From contig JBNGIO010006316.1 in the NCBI GenBank assembly GCA_049999805.1, forward strand, positions 319,034-383,033: a stretch of DNA of 64,000 bases. Reading direction: 5' to 3'. Each line of letters begins with the position of its first letter. The first letter of the stretch is position 1. The notes below the pieces were generated by a model. That model was given only the letters and a program-made list of their open reading frames with translations, was not told where the DNA came from and made no database searches. This document shows, in pieces, positions 11,200 to 25,599 of the stretch. Made by a program: the position numbers and the translations under genes. This stretch comes from Folioceros fuciformis. Its lineage: Eukaryota.

Positions 11200-14050
11200 A
11201 ACCTAGCTATTCCCCGGTGATTGTTTGTTCTACAAAATATTTGTTTACAAATGTCTTGTTGATCAAATATAGGCCTTGTTGATAACCTGCTCTAGCTTAG
11301 GGACTTCAATGAAATTTACGAGTCAGAGAAACTATCAGGAAGTTTGCTAAGGACTTATGTTGATGTATTCATCACAAGCAAGCATGAGGCTTGAAGTTCA
11401 GCCTAAAACTGCTATTCTTTTGTTCTCTAAGATGCTTATGAAGTAGCTTCTTAATCTCCAAATTAGCTTTGCCTATTGTGGAATGGAAAAGTTTGGTAAT
11501 GGGTCTACGAAAGTCTAACTTGGTTTCTTTGTCTTCAAAAGAGTTCGAAGGGAGGCTTGTGGAAGGTAGGTTTATGGGCAAACTTGCCCATGGTACGTAG
11601 TAAGCGGCCGGTGAAGGTTTTTATGGTAGGTTAGCATAAGAAGATATCTACGTAGTAGGATGTCTACCTACATACGTACATAGGGAGAGTACCTACATGG
11701 GGAAAAAAAGAAGATATCTACATAGGTAGGGAAGGTACTTATACGGTAGATACCGCACCTATGGCAATGGAGTAGACAGCCTACCTACGACAATGGGTGG
11801 GAATGGCAAGGAACCTACCTACGAAGGGGACATCCTCACCCTCTGTAGGGAAGGAGCCTCAAGTTAAGGAACAAGTGGATCCTTTTCCTACTGAACCTCC
11901 TGTAAGTGGTGGTGAAGGGATACCCCAAGAGATCCAAGAGGTACTGTGGAAGTTCATGGATCCAAGAGAAGACGGATCCCAATAATGGAGGGGGGCCAGT
12001 AACTCAACCTTCAAACTTTGCCTCCCTTCAGGCGCAGTCCTAGCCACACCTTTTTGGAGAGAGGGTCAACGAATCTTCTATGGTAGCGCCAACAGTCCTA
12101 GTCTTTAGCGGCACTCACTACCCTAGCAATTATTGGTAGGACTTAGCCTCTTGGTAGGTGTGTGCAATTAAAGTTGGTGGCGCCTAGTGTGAGAGAAGGG
12201 TAGCCCACCACGTACATGTAGGAGAGGGTTCATGTGTCGATCTCTCCTATAAGGAGGGGCTACACAAAGAAATATGCACTCTTCTCATGGTGAGTTCTCA
12301 TGCTCAATAGAGCGTAGGAATCTCGTTGCCAGCTGTGTGTCATCACAGTGCCTAGTTGTGGCTAGAGTTGCAGTGGTCAAAGTGCTTGGCGGAGGGCTCA
12401 TATTCTTCCATGGGCATCCTTGCAAGTTGCTTCCCTATTGAATGGTTGTTGTGTTGTTGCGAGTGTGTGGTGAGACCTATGTGATTGTTGGCTTGAGGGC
12501 AGACTCCAAGGAAAGACTCCGTGGAAGTTCTCGCTAATAAGCACAAGCACGCAACAACCAGCCCAAGGAAAAACTTGTTGGTCGTTGGATGTAGGGTGGT
12601 CGTTGGACGTAGGGAGACGAGTAGCTAGATTGTTACAAGGAAAAACTTGTTGGTCGTTGGACGTAGGGAGACGAGTAGCTAAATTGTTAGGTTGAGGAAG
12701 GCGTCGTAGGGAGCCTTGTGAGGAAAGGATATTGAGTGTAAGGAGGTAGAAATCAATAGGGGGGAGTACTGGGGNNNNNNNNNNNNNNNNNNNNNNNNNN
12801 NNNNNNNNNNNNNNNNNNNNNNNNNNNNNNNNNNNNNNNNNNNNNNNNNNNNNNNNNNNNNNNNNNNNNNNNNNGTCGTAGGGAGCCTTGTGAGGAAAGG
12901 ATATTGAGTGTAAGGAGGTACAAATCAATAGGGGGGAGTACTGGGGTCCTTCTAAATGGGGGAATGGTGCCCGTTGACTATTGTAGGGGAACGACAAACG
13001 TAGCTGACCAAGCTCGGAGGAGAGCGATTCTGGGGAAGCCTACAACGACCGTGGGATTGATGTGGCCACGATACATGTGAGCGGGTGCTTAGTAAGGGTA
13101 CCATACCCGCTTGCCCACACCCATACTGACTCATACTTGCATAAGGTAAATAAATGTTCCAAAACTTGACATGATTATACGTTGTCTTCTGCATAGCATT
13201 CAAAAGGCAAAGGGCATTCCTAGCCTTCTAAGAAAACATGGTTGTCAAGGCATGCCAAAAAAATATTTTTTTTTGTCAAAGTTAATGGAACACACCCTTC
13301 GCATCCTCTATGTTGCCAGACTTCACACTTGTAAATACTAACACTTTACATAAATAAATACTAAGCTATTAGTAATAGAAAGTTCATGTTGTTGTAGTTT
13401 TTGTGAGTCATGCTCTAAAGCTTAAACCCAAGGTTTGGAAGACCCTTGCACAAACAAATCACACTCAATAATGCGTTGAATTCGTCCAACAATAAGTTGA
13501 TGTCAAGCATCTTTAGCTAGGGATACAAGAAAAACAGCAACCTTTGCACTTGTGGTGACGCCTTTGTCATGGTGACACTTTTGGTGATAGACACTTCTAA
13601 TGACACATGCACTCTTGTGGAGACATTGATAAAGCATATCCCTTACATTTTATGGAAGGCACCCTTTGCAACAAGACTGTAAGAAGAGCTTCACATGTAA
13701 TCTTGGCTATTAGAAGACCTAGAAAGGTGAGACAAATGTTGACATGGAGAACATCCAATATCCTTCCTAACTATGATGGTTCTTGTTTGCTATGTAGTTG
13801 CACCGCTTTCTGGTATGCACATAACCAAGAACACCAATGTGAGAAGGGTGTTGCTTTGGTGTTAGATAGGTTGGGTAGAGGTCTTACCTTCACTCACTAT
13901 AAAAGATAGTCTTCATCTCTTTTGTGTTTGAGCTAAGAGCTTTACCATCTCAATGTTAGTGAATTTTTATAATTTTCTTATCTTTATGATATCCTTTAAC
14001 CTGGTTGTCTCTATGCTTTGTGGGTTGTCTAGTTGACTTGTCTTAATCTT
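11200..14050. mobile_element. decayed retroelement-like / repetitive intergenic block
   Basis: Lower GC, no spliced gene, internal tandem repeats at 12565-12681, and an LTR-like TATA/T-rich segment at ~13890-14050. No intact domain is recognised. Confidence 0.35.
12775..12874. other. assembly gap (100 N) with ~72-bp sequence duplicated on both sides
   Basis: 12703-12774 is nearly identical to 12875-12946. Confidence 0.95.
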
Positions 14051-15143
14051 AGGCTTTCAGGCTCAATTTTGCAAGGGTACGCTTATAAAATCTGTGGCGT
14101 GGAGGGTAAAGGGTGGAGGTTGGAGTGGGTACAGGCATATGAGGTGTGAGGCACGTGGCAAAGGGTTTTAAGGGAAAAGCGGCGCAGGATACATGTACTG
14201 TACCGGGAAGAGCCGGTGGCACGGTGGCCGCGGTGCCGGGGCCCGGGACCCGGAGCCCAGGCCAGGCCAGGCCAGGCCAGAAGGGAGTGCAGTACAAATG
14301 AGTAAAAAGAAAGGGGAAGGGGGGGAAGGCGGTTGCGGCTCATTTATGGGGCGTGTCATGATTGCTGTTTTTGCGTGGGATGGCGTCGTCGCCGTCGCCG
14401 TCGCCGTCGCGTAGCTGCTGTCCTGACGGCGGCCCAGTCCCATTGCCGCTTTTATGACCCGACCCTCTCGTCGCTCGCCTTCTCCCATCCCATCCCTGTA
14501 CACCACCAGTAGTACCCTTCTCTACCTACGCTCATACATACGGGTGGAACTAAAGATAGTAAATCCGCCGTAATCGTACCTACTGTAATGAGGCGTGAAA
14601 TGATCATCTCTTGTCCAGTTGAGCATCGTTACCTCCCCTTTCCTCTATATATATTTGTATATGTATATCCGTAAGTACAGTCTCCTCCTTACGCCCCACA
14701 AGACAACACAACATAACACAGTCTGTCTGTCCCGGACTTCCGCTGCGTTATACGGAATAAAGAGGCAGCCAGGCCAGGTCAGTCCAAGCCAGCCCGGCCC
14801 AGCGCAACCTCTGCCGTCTCCCTTTCTACTCCTCCCCTCTCTCCCTGCTGGGGCCTTGGCTGGGCCCTCTGCTGCTGCTGCTGCTGTTCCTGCTCCTACT
14901 CCTGCTGTTCCTGCTCCTGCTCCTGCTCCTAGGCGCCAAAATCTGCTGCTCTTCCCCTGTTTCCTCTGTTCTGTGTGTCCCAGTTTCTGTTTGTTTGCTT
15001 GTGCTTCGGAGCTCTGGAGGCGAGCCCAGCATAGTGCACCCTCAGACGTCACAGCCCGTCTGCACCCGTATGCTCCTGCGTAGTGGTCTAGCGCTCTACC
15101 CCTCCTCCTCCTCCTCCTCCGCGCTTCCGCCGCGCTGCTCGTG

Positions 15144-18100
15144 ATGCCTAGGCGCCGCAAAACCGGCAGGGTAGGGGAGACGGAGCGGCAGGATGTCCCT
15201 CCTCCTGCTCCCGTCCCCGCTTCCTCTCCTACAGCATTCGACCCGGCGATGGCTGGGGAGGAGGCGCCGCCGCCGCTGCCTCCTCCCTCGCGCTACCAGC
15301 CTCCTCCTCCTCCTGCTCTTGGGAGCGGGGCCGCCGCCAGGCCGATATTCGTGTCTCGTCCCTTCAATGCTGCGGCCGTTCCTTATTCCCCGACGGCAGG
15401 CGACCCTACGCAGGTTCAGCAGCACCTACAGCCGCGCCGCTCGGTGCAGCGGTATGTGCAAATCGGGGCTCAGCCCCCACCTGCTGCCCCTCTCCATTTC
15501 GCGCCGCCGGCGGAGCCGCCCGTGGCCACATTCATGCAGCAGCTTCAATTGCAGCCTGCGGAAGCCGAGGTTGCTGTGGTGCCGCCTCCAGTCTCCACCC
15601 GCGCGCTCAGGTACCCCAGGCGGCCCGGGAAGGGAGTCCTCGGCCGCAGATGTATCGTCAAGGCTAATCACTTCTTTGCCAACCTGCCCGACAAGGACTT
15701 GCATCAGTATGACGTATGCTTCTGTGCCATACTGTGCTCCAGGCTCCCATGGTCTTTTTTTTTTTTTGGTTTCTCGCCAATTCTCGTGCTCATTGTTGAT
15801 GTGGACGTTTCGCAGGTAGCAATCGTACCGGAGGTTGCGTCCCGCGGCGTCAACAGAGCGGTCATCCGGGAGCTCATCAGCGTGTACAATGCTGACATGG
15901 GAACCAGGCTGCCAGTCTATGATGGGAGGAAGAGTCTCTACACAGCTGGCCCTCTCCCTTTTCAGCACAAAGAATTCGAAGTTAGATTAGTGGACGATGC
16001 CGAGTCTGGCAGCATGGGCAAAGCGTGAGTGAGATTTCAGCTGCTGGCTCTAGTTTTTTTCGTCTTCTTGCTTCTGTTGCTTGCTTCGTTTTTCGTTTTA
16101 GGCATTCTACGGCTTGGCAGGCCCCGGGAGAGGCCGTTTAAGATCACCATCAAGTTTGCAGCTCGGGCGGATCTCCACCATCTTGGAGAGTTCTTGAAGG
16201 GCAAGCAAGCGGACGCCCCGCAGGAAGCGTTGCAGGTTTTGGACATTGTGTTGCGGGAGCTTCCTACCACCAGGTGCTTTGCCTTTTCTTTCCCCGTTTT
16301 CTCCCTAGCCTTTTATTTTATGCTCAAGTAGGTGAGTGTTATCCAGCAAGTACGTTCACACGCGACGGAGATCCTACTTCTCTGCGGCCACTGTTGTCTG
16401 ATTATTACTTATTAGTACATTCATCTCACTGTCACTCTCTCTCCTTCTCGACCGAAGTAATCGGCTAATGTTGATGGTCCGCCTCAAGGACATTGACTGA
16501 CATATTCTTCTCAGGTACACACCGGTTGGACGATCTTTCTACTCGCCTAACCTCGGTCGCCGGAGTCTAGGAGAAGGGCTTGAAGCATGGCGAGGATTTT
16601 ACCAGAGTATTCGGCCAACCCAAATGGGACTGTCCCTCAACATTGGTACAGAAAGCCAACTCCAAAAAGTCCTGCAATGGCGATGAGTTTTGCATGGGCT
16701 AAGATTGCAATCCAAGCGGGCACTCAACAAACCACGCCGTGCTTAGAGCAGTTTTCCTTTTCGCAGATATGTCTGCCACGGCATTTCTCGAGTCCCAGCC
16801 GGTCGTTCAGTTTGTTGAGAAGCTTTTGGGGAGGCCGCTTCTTAATCGACCTTTATCTGATGTGGAGCGTGTCAAGGTAAGGCGTAATTTTCCTTGCACA
16901 CTTCAGTTCCAAAGGAGGAGCAACACTAACTCCGCAAAATGCAACTCCACCAGATCAGAAAAGCTTTACGAGGGATCAAGGTTGAGGTGACACACAGGGG
17001 CACAATGAGGCGCAAATATCGGGTTTCGGGCTTGACGATTCAAACAACCGCTGATTTGAGGTCCTCATGCCGTTGCCACATATGGTGTGATGAAGAGTAT
17101 TGATAGTAATGGGTAACTGAGTCAATCGTATTGTCTTGTCCTGTAGGTTCCCTGTGGATCAAGACCAAAATATGATGTCTGTGGCAGACTATTTTTGGCG
17201 TACGTACGAGTACAGACTCGAGAGGCTGAACCTTCCCTGTCTCCAGGTTGGCAATCAACAACGGCCGAATTACCTACCCATGGAGGTGAGCTTTTGTTCG
17301 CATCTGGTGGCAAGACGGAAGTGATCCTTAGCCGAACCACTTCTAACGCCATTATTCCCCTGCCTACAGGTTTGTAAAATCGTGGAGGGGCAGCGCTTTC
17401 CGAAACGTCTGAATGAAAAACAGATTACTGCTCTTCTCAGTATTACATGTCAGAAGCCTTGTGATCGTGAGAGCGACATCCGGAGAGTATGCCCTTTGAG
17501 CAGCGCTTTTCATTGCTGCTTGCGTTTTCAAAAAATTCAGTGCTGTATGTCCATTCCACACCTAACGCTAGTGAGTGTTCCCACTTCCCCCAGACCGTTC
17601 AACAGAACGACTACGATCGTGACAGGTTTGCTCAGGAGTTCGGTATTAAAATCAGTAGGGACTTGGCTACTGTCGAGGCACGTATATTGCCGGCCCCATG
17701 GGTTAGTATCGTCGAGCACCACAATTTTTTCTCCAACGCAATTGTCATTCACTCTGACAACATTTTCGGTGTGTAGCTGACTTACAACGATTCTGGAAAG
17801 GAGAAAGAGTGTCAACCCGCAGTTGGACAGTGGAATATGTTGAACAAAGTCTGTAATCTTGTTGCCAGCTGTTTTTTCATTTTTAGAATCCTTTTCTTGG
17901 TGTATGTGGTTTATTCATTGGCCTTGCGGTTTTGCTCAGAAAATGGTGAATGGCGGCAAAGTTGCACACTGGGCGTGTGTTAATTTTTCACGGAACATTT
18001 CTACTTGTGTAGCATCTGACTTCTGCAAAAGGCTGGCTGATATGTGTGAAATATCCGGCATGGTACATATCCCTGAGCTCTTGCTGGTCACAGTTGCTGA

Positions 18101-20232
18101 TTTGCTCCTAGTTTTGTCCTGTGGCTTGACATGCCTCCATGCTGCAGCAATTCAGTGGAGAACCTGTGGTGAGGATCGCCGATCCTTCTCGCCCGGACCA
18201 GGTGGAGAGGGCTTTGAAGCAAGTGTGGAAGCTGTGCAATGCTAAACTTCCCACCGGAAAAAATCTGGATCTCCTGATAGCCATTCTTCCAGACCAAAAT
18301 GGTGCCTTGTACGGTGTGTGCATTCTACCTTACTAAGTAACTCGGCGTGACGGGTGTAAAGTGGTTGTTATGTACTTCTGCTGACTGGTGCAAAATTTTG
18401 CAGGTGATTTGAAGAGAATATGTGAAACTGACCTTGGAGTAGTCTCACAGTGCTGTCTGACTAAGCACGTGTACAAAATGAGCAAGCAGTATCTGGCAAA
18501 TGTGGCCTTGAAGATCAACGTGAAGGTGTGTCACGTCATTCCTTCGATCTCATGCTCATCTGCCAGTTCCCAGTTTCAAATGGTTGAATTGTGAATACGG
18601 ACCTCGTTTGCAGGTTGGAGGGCGGAATACGGTTTTAAGGGATGCGCTGGCAAAGAGGTTACCCATGATTGAGGATACTGCCACCATTATTTTTGGAGCA
18701 GATGTGACTCACCCTCATCCCGGAGAAGATTCGAGTCCATCAATAGCTGCGGTTGGCGTCCATCTTTCGTACGCTCTATTTAAAAGTCCTTCTAGCATCC
18801 ACTTGCGCTTGACTTCAACATGTCATGCTTGCGCAGGTCGTTGCGTCACAGGACTGGCCTGAAGTTACTCAGTATGCTGGCCTTGTTAGCGCTCAGGCTC
18901 ACAGGCAGGAGTTAATCCAGGATCTGTACACGGAAAAGACAGATGGCCAACGAGGGAGCGGTGGAATGATTATGTATGACCAGTGTGGCCTGATTGCGCG
19001 GCATCCACTAGTCTGGTGGAGTCTGAATTTATGCATCATAACGTGTGGCTCTGTTGGTGTAGTGACCTCTTGAAGTCCTTCTATAATCGGACTCGACTGA
19101 AGCCTCGGCGGATCATCTTCTACAGGTGCCCTTGAGTGTTTGTCGTCCTCATTCCAAATTACGGAATGCTGAAACACGTGTTGTCTTCAGGGACGGAGTT
19201 AGTGAGGGTCAGTTTTATCAAGTACTCTTCTTCGAGTTGAATGCCATACGGAAGGTGCAGCTGACTAGTCCACCGTCTCCATGTGCTGTGTACTTTGTTT
19301 TACCTACTGTTGACCATTCGCCCTTACGCGATCAGGCTTGCTCCACGCTTGAGGAAGGATATCAGCCTCCTGTCACATTCGTCGTTGTACAAAAGCGTCA
19401 CCATACACGACTTTTTCCACACAACTACAATGACAAAAAATCCATGGATAAAAGCGACAACATCCTTCCTGGTATCATCGTTGTTCATGCCCTGTGCTGA
19501 GTCTTTTGGTGATTTGGTCGTAACAGTATGAACTCTTTTCAGGCACAGTGGTCGATACGCAAATTTGTCATCCTACGGAGTTCGACTTTTACCTATGTAG
19601 TCACGCTGGTATCCAGGTTAGAATCTCCTTGCGTCTGCCTCAAACCGCGGATACGCCTTGTGGGGTAATTTGATGGTCATCGCATCCACGTGGTAATGGA
19701 GCAGGGCACTAGTCGGCCTGCTCATTATCATGTTCTCTGGGACGAGAACAAGTTCTCCGCCGATACTTTGCAGACATTGACAAATAACCTGTGTTACACG
19801 TGAGTATCTCCCTACTGTGTCCTTCAGTTAAGCAGCCCGCAGCTGCAGATGGATCTGTTCACTCAGTGCTCTCTTATCGGTTGCAGATATGCCAGATGTA
19901 CACGATCAGTGTCTATCGGTAAGTTCTCGCAGGTTCTTTGTTTGATCGTCCCTTCTACATCTCAGCCTGACTTAATCTTTTACTTCGCTGCTCCTGGGTT
20001 TGCAGTGCCCCCGGCTTATTATGCGCATCTAGCAGCTTTCCGAGCCCGATTTTACTTGGAACCGGATAACTCGGATAGTGGATCCTTCACTAGTGGGGGA
20101 GGCGTGCCTGGAAGGCAAGCAAGCACTGAGAGTGGAGGGTCGAGGAGTACAACACGTGCAGGCGGAGCGACCGCGATCCGTCCTCTCCCTTCTTTGAAGG
20201 AGAGTATTAAGAGAGTCATGTTCTTTTGTTGA
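15144..20232 (+). CDS. AGO1: Argonaute, AGO1/5/10 clade
   Basis: About 20 exons. Motifs: [94 protein letters not shown] and the C-terminus KRVMFFC. The DEDH tetrad is intact. Confidence 0.95.
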
Positions 20233-22520
20233 TGCTTTCGAGATGGAGGACAGCACAGATACACAGTGCAGAATAGGGACTGATGTATATACCGGCGGTA
20301 CATAGTAGGCTTCTATCGACAGGACAATTTTTGAAGACTGTAGACATTGGACTCCGGCTCATGCCAAATTCCGTACATGCGTACCGGTTTTATCGTGTAC
20401 GGGCATTCCCACATTCCTCAGCAGCCCCCAGCATGGCCAGTATGTTTCACGCATTTAATTGATGCTCGTTAATGCATGTCGTATGACTTGGATAATACTT
20501 CTGCTTCTGTACATGACCACCTCGATGAAGCTGAGTCTCCAATCCCAAAATTTGGAATGGCACTTCGAGTGCACTCCAACGATGAGAATATTGAAACTGT
20601 GAATAATGGGGTTACAGTCAGTTGTCACTTCTCCTCTAACAACAATGGGGCTGGAGTCTGGTGTCCCTCGCGTCTTTCGATGCCCGCACAATCCAATTCG
20701 TCCGATGCCCGCACAATCCAATTCGTCAGGTAGTTGTCATTTGACACTCCCTAACTAATGTAGAACATTGTTTGAGACATGTACACCTACATAGATTCGG
20801 GCTCCATACCAAGATCAAAACTAACTACTGAAGTAAGTGATCCATCTTTGCGTCTCCACTTACTCTAAAGAGGTGAGACAAACCACCAAACTAGGGTCTA
20901 GCCCTAGGAACTGGCTATTATTTGAGTATGCAAGGCTGCATCTCATGCCATTGTCGTTATCTTTTATATAGGATGTAAAATCCTGTTATAGTGCAAAGGA
21001 AACATTCATGCCAAAAGAACGATACAATACACAAGAGAGAAACACCCATTTTCCTATTGCAAACCACCTTGGCACAAGTCTTCAAAAACCCTGCAGGTCT
21101 CAATGGCATGGGGAAAGAGATGTGTCTAAGTTCCAATCATACGTACTTGTGAATCGTGGTCTAGGCGCTCCTCTTTGCTCTTTGCTGCCCAACCCAATCA
21201 GGTGAGGACAACGTGCTCGCAGAGAAAAACTTGGTACAACTATAGAAATATCTGCTCCCTTGATGAGAAAAAGGTTAGCTCGGACAGAAACACCATCAAG
21301 ACCATCAAGCATAGTCTAAAGGCCCTCCTTGAAAGGACAAGACATCGGCCAAGGAACACATAACATTATGCAAAGCACTTTGTATAGCAATGCGTTGTAC
21401 CCCAAGATACGAGCCAAAACGGCCTAGGTGCTTAGAAAAACTACCGTTGCCAATATCTTTGGCCCAAGCAAGCATTGCAATGCCTTCGAATAAGATCCAA
21501 TCTCCTTACCTCATGCCTTTTACCGAATTACGCACCAAAACCCCCTCCATTACCAATCCATCCTATTAAGTGGTAACATAAAGTCTTTTAGTGCTGCTCG
21601 TTGTAAAGCAACCATGTAGAGAACTTGCTTATTTTAGATTCGAATCCTACTGTAGCTCACTACACGAGCAACCCGATCTTCCTTCTCTTCGCTCTGCTTC
21701 TGTTCCCAGATCGAAGAAAGCGTGATATACACTATAGCGTGGCTACTATTATAGGGCATACTGGCTCCTGGCGTGAGACCAACGGCAAATATTCAACAAT
21801 CCTTTTGGCTGGTCCGTCGTGGTGTCTTTGGGAGTGGACTTGCTGCTGGAGAGTTTGTCCCGAGAATTTCCTCAAGCCACTGCTGGTCCCGGCCCTTACT
21901 CAAGACGCATCACCTTGCTTCACAACCTCAGGCCCGGTGTCTTCGTCCCTCAGCCAACTCGATACCAGAATTGAACCACTGCAAACAATAACCCTAACAT
22001 AAGCTGATCCACGTGTACCTTTCATGTGCTTCACCTGCTAAATAGCCGCGTAAATCTTGCGCAATGCTCAATCCCATTCCGTTGGCCAGCTAAAATTCCA
22101 CCCGCAGTGAACACTGTGAAAAGAACTTGAGAACGTACAGGCAAGTCTGCAGTTGTGTACCAGACGCTGGGCCAGTGATGTCCTCCATACTATGCCCTTA
22201 CCCACATCAAAAACCCATTTATCATCTTCACGAGGAAATCAAACGATGACCTGCCAAGGCACGTTCTCCCCTGTTCTCAAAGTACATTTCCTCTAACCCG
22301 GCATGACAGAGCACCTCCTGCAGCGCTCTCTCTGGCCACCAGCTCGAAGCAGACGGACGGCACCAAGCGCCAGTGACATGGTAGGCCTTTCACGTCGCTG
22401 CTTAAAGCAAATCATGCAGCACAAGGAACGAGATCGTGGCACCAAGAACAACCGTGAAGTCGAACAAGTCTTTCTGTGGCCAGGTGCAGGATGTGAGGAA
22501 GGTCGACATGGAGACTGCAC

Positions 22521-25032
22521 TCAATCCTCACATACACGGAGGTCTGGAGACTGCGGGAGAGCCACATAACCTATGGCCTCCAACTCTGCAGACACTCTCT
22601 CAAGTTTGGTGTAAACCTCTTTAACTTCTGGGTGCGAAAGATCATCTGCATGAAATGAGTGTACCAGGTTGTGCACCTCGATCCAGCTGCGACCAGGCTC
22701 CTTCCGCAACCCTGCTTCCTTCATCAGCTTTCTCACTCGTCCTACTTCATCCAGCCTCCCAGCTCCTGCGTAGAGATTTGATAACAACACATACACAGCA
22801 GGGTTCCGTGGCTGTAACTCGAGAGCACGTTGTGCCGCATAATTTCCTAAAAGTATATTGCCTCGAGTAGTACAGGCACCAAGCAAGCCCCTCCATATGA
22901 CATCGTTTGGTCGAAACGGCATCTGATTGATGAAATCCAACGCTTCTTCAAGGTGCCCTGCACGACCAAGTAGGTCCACCATGCAGGCATAATGCTCCAT
23001 CTGAGGAATAAGTTCATGGTCTTTTATCAATAAGTCGAAGTATGCACGGCCTAAATCCACAAGACCACCATGGCTGCATGCAGATAGTACAGACACAAAT
23101 GTTACTTGATCTGGCTTCATTCCTTCCAGCTGCATCTGCTTGAAGAGAGAAAGGGCAACCTTCGCCCTGCCGTGCTGTGCATACCCTAAAATCATTGCAT
23201 TCCATGACACCAGGCCCCGTGCTGGCATTGCATCAAACACCTGTCGTGCATGATCAATGCTCCCGCATTTTGCATATGTGTCCAGCAGAGTCGTCATCAC
23301 TGTTACATTGTTCTCGAAACCCTTCGAGAGCACTGCCTCATGGATTCCTTTCACCTCTTCAAGAGCCCAGAGCTCAGTGCAAGCTCGAAGGATTCCGATA
23401 AAAGTCACTTCACTCTCCGTTACACCTGTGTGCTGCATTTCTTTGTAAAGATGCAAAACCTTTTGGGCATGCCCTAGCCGACCATACCCCATGATCAAAG
23501 AATTCCATGATACCACATCTTTTTCACGAGCAGAGGTGAACACCAGTTCTGCATCCTCCACGCTACCACATTTCACGTACATGTCAATCAGTGCATTGCT
23601 CACAAAAAGATCTGACCCATTTTCCGCCCGACCTATACGTGTATGAACCCTCTTGCCCTCTTCCAATGCTGCTAAACTTGCACATGCTTGAATAGCTGCC
23701 ATCACAGCGACCTTCTCTGGAGTGACACCTTCTTGTTCCATCGCATTAAACAATTCTAGGGCCTGCTGCCCAAGTCCATGCTGTGCATATCCTGCAATCA
23801 TCACAGACCAAGAAACGAGGTCCTTCTTGTGAAGCTTGTCAAACACTTGACGAGCCGAGACAATACAGCCACACTTGGCATACATGTCAATTAGAGCATT
23901 GCTCACAAAGTCGCCTGCCTCCACACCAGCTTCGACAGCTAGAGAATGTATCCACTTCCCATCCTCAAGATCTGTTTGTTCGACACAAGAAGAAATAGCA
24001 TTGAGGAAAGTCACCCGATTGGGTCTCACTCCATCCTCAAGCATTCTTCGGAACAGCATCCGGGCTTCCTTGTAAAGTCCCTGCGAAGCATAAGCTCCAA
24101 TCAGACAGCTCCAGACTACCACGTCTCGTATCTGCATTTGCTCAAAAACTTCTAGAGCATCCCGTATATTCCCACATTTTGCATACATGTTCACAAGATT
24201 GTTTCCAACGAAGTTATCTAGCTGTAAATCCCTTTGTCTAATCTGGTCATGGATCCTTCTGCCCTCTGCCAAAGCCTTGTTGCTGGCACACACACAGAGA
24301 ATGTGAGAAAAAGTACATCTATCAGGAACGACCTGGTCCTGCTGCATCCTGTCAAACAGTCGGAAAGCCTCCTCGCCATTCCCAGCCTGTTCATATCCAT
24401 GTATCAATGCATTCCACGTGACAACATCTCTCGTAACCATCCCGTCAAACAACCTCCGAGCCTCATCTACTTTTCCACATTTCACGTAAAGAGTGATGAG
24501 GTGATTGCCTAATTCAGCATTCAGCTCGACTCCGTGTGTCCTGATGCGAGCATGAACTCTCCGGCCCTCTTTCAAAGCTCTCACTTTGATGCACCATCTC
24601 AGAAAAGAGCCACAAATCTGTCGATATGTGTCCTGACTCTTGGATTTCATGCACTCTAGACATGCCAAAGCCTCCTCAAATCTTCCATCTTGACAAAGTG
24701 AGCTCACATCCTTCGAATGCAAGGAAGGGTCACCATCATTCTGAGGCCTGCAATGATCACGTACTACCCGTTCACAAACTTCAACACAATGTATGCGACC
24801 ATCAGGATACTAATCTCGATTTCCCACAGCACCATAGGTAAATGCATGCAATTGCTCTCGCAATTGCGACTGTAAGAAAACGGTACCCGTCTTCCGCCAG
24901 GGATACAGACCCGTTATTTCTAAGGCCGTTTGCTTTGACCACAGCCAGAACAACACCCCGACTTTCTCCCCGTCCAGACCTCATCGAACCTAGACTGGAA
25001 CACGTTGAAATTGGACACGCGTTTCTCAGCAT
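22521..25032 (-). CDS. PLS-class PPR protein, E1-E2-E+ (PG box), truncated DYW; organellar RNA editing factor-like
   Basis: Exon 1 at 25032-24887 (transit-peptide-like) splices in frame to 24747-22521. PLS repeats (LIDMYAKCG, DVVSWN), E domain HYACMVDLLGRAG and PG box KEPGRSWIEV...SHP...GYV. Confidence 0.92.
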
Positions 25033-25253
25033 CCAGCAGCTCAGATCTGCACTGTGCAGCCAATCCTGCACAGTTTCACGACGTCAGCACCGGGGAACTC
25101 AGTTCCCAAAAGCGTAGGCGGCAAAACCCCAGACACTGTGAGGAGAGGCAGAAAAGGATCCACCTGAGCATGCCACCAGTAGAGCCGTTGAAGAAGACTC
25201 TTCACAGGGGCTTCCATTGCCGTCAAATACAGCATTCAGCTAGTCCTCCCCCC

Positions 25254-25449
25254 GAAGTGACGTCGGCCCAACCAGTTCCTGGCTCCCCTGGACGAGCAGT
25301 CGTCCAAGCAGTTCCTGACTACCCTCGGCAAGAAGTCGTCCAAGCAGTTCCTGACTCCCCCCAACGGGAAGTCGTCCAATCGGTTTCTGGCGCCTCGCGA
25401 CGGGAAGTCGTCCAATCGGTTTCTGGCTCCTCGCGACGGGAAGTCGTCC
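25254..25449 (+). repeat. 36-bp tandem repeat, about 5 copies
   Basis: Units like gaagtcgtccaatcggtttctggcgcctcgcgacgg, between the divergent PPR and RPL7 genes. Confidence 0.9.
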
Positions 25450-25599
25450 GCGTTCACACTTGGTAAGTTTTTGCGTTGTTTTTAGTAGCCCTAGGAATTA
25501 GGTTTTTCGTCCCCTACTATGTTATTGTGCGTCGCCTACATACCCTTCCTTTCGACGCATCTAGCTGAAGAGAGCATTTCGCCGTCGAGCGCTTCAGCG

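Noticed and set aside
12703-12946. Direct repeat flanking the gap as a biological duplication
   Set aside because: Near-identical sequence on both sides of a 100-N gap is most simply an unmerged contig overlap.
20400-22300. Possible small gene between AGO and the PPR gene
   Set aside because: Splice-like signals and a 25-bp direct repeat (20678-20727) are present, but I found no coherent ORF or recognisable protein.
22521-22523. TGA after LRVCED as a stop removed by U-to-C editing
   Set aside because: This is a nuclear gene, and the downstream frame shows no DYW continuation.
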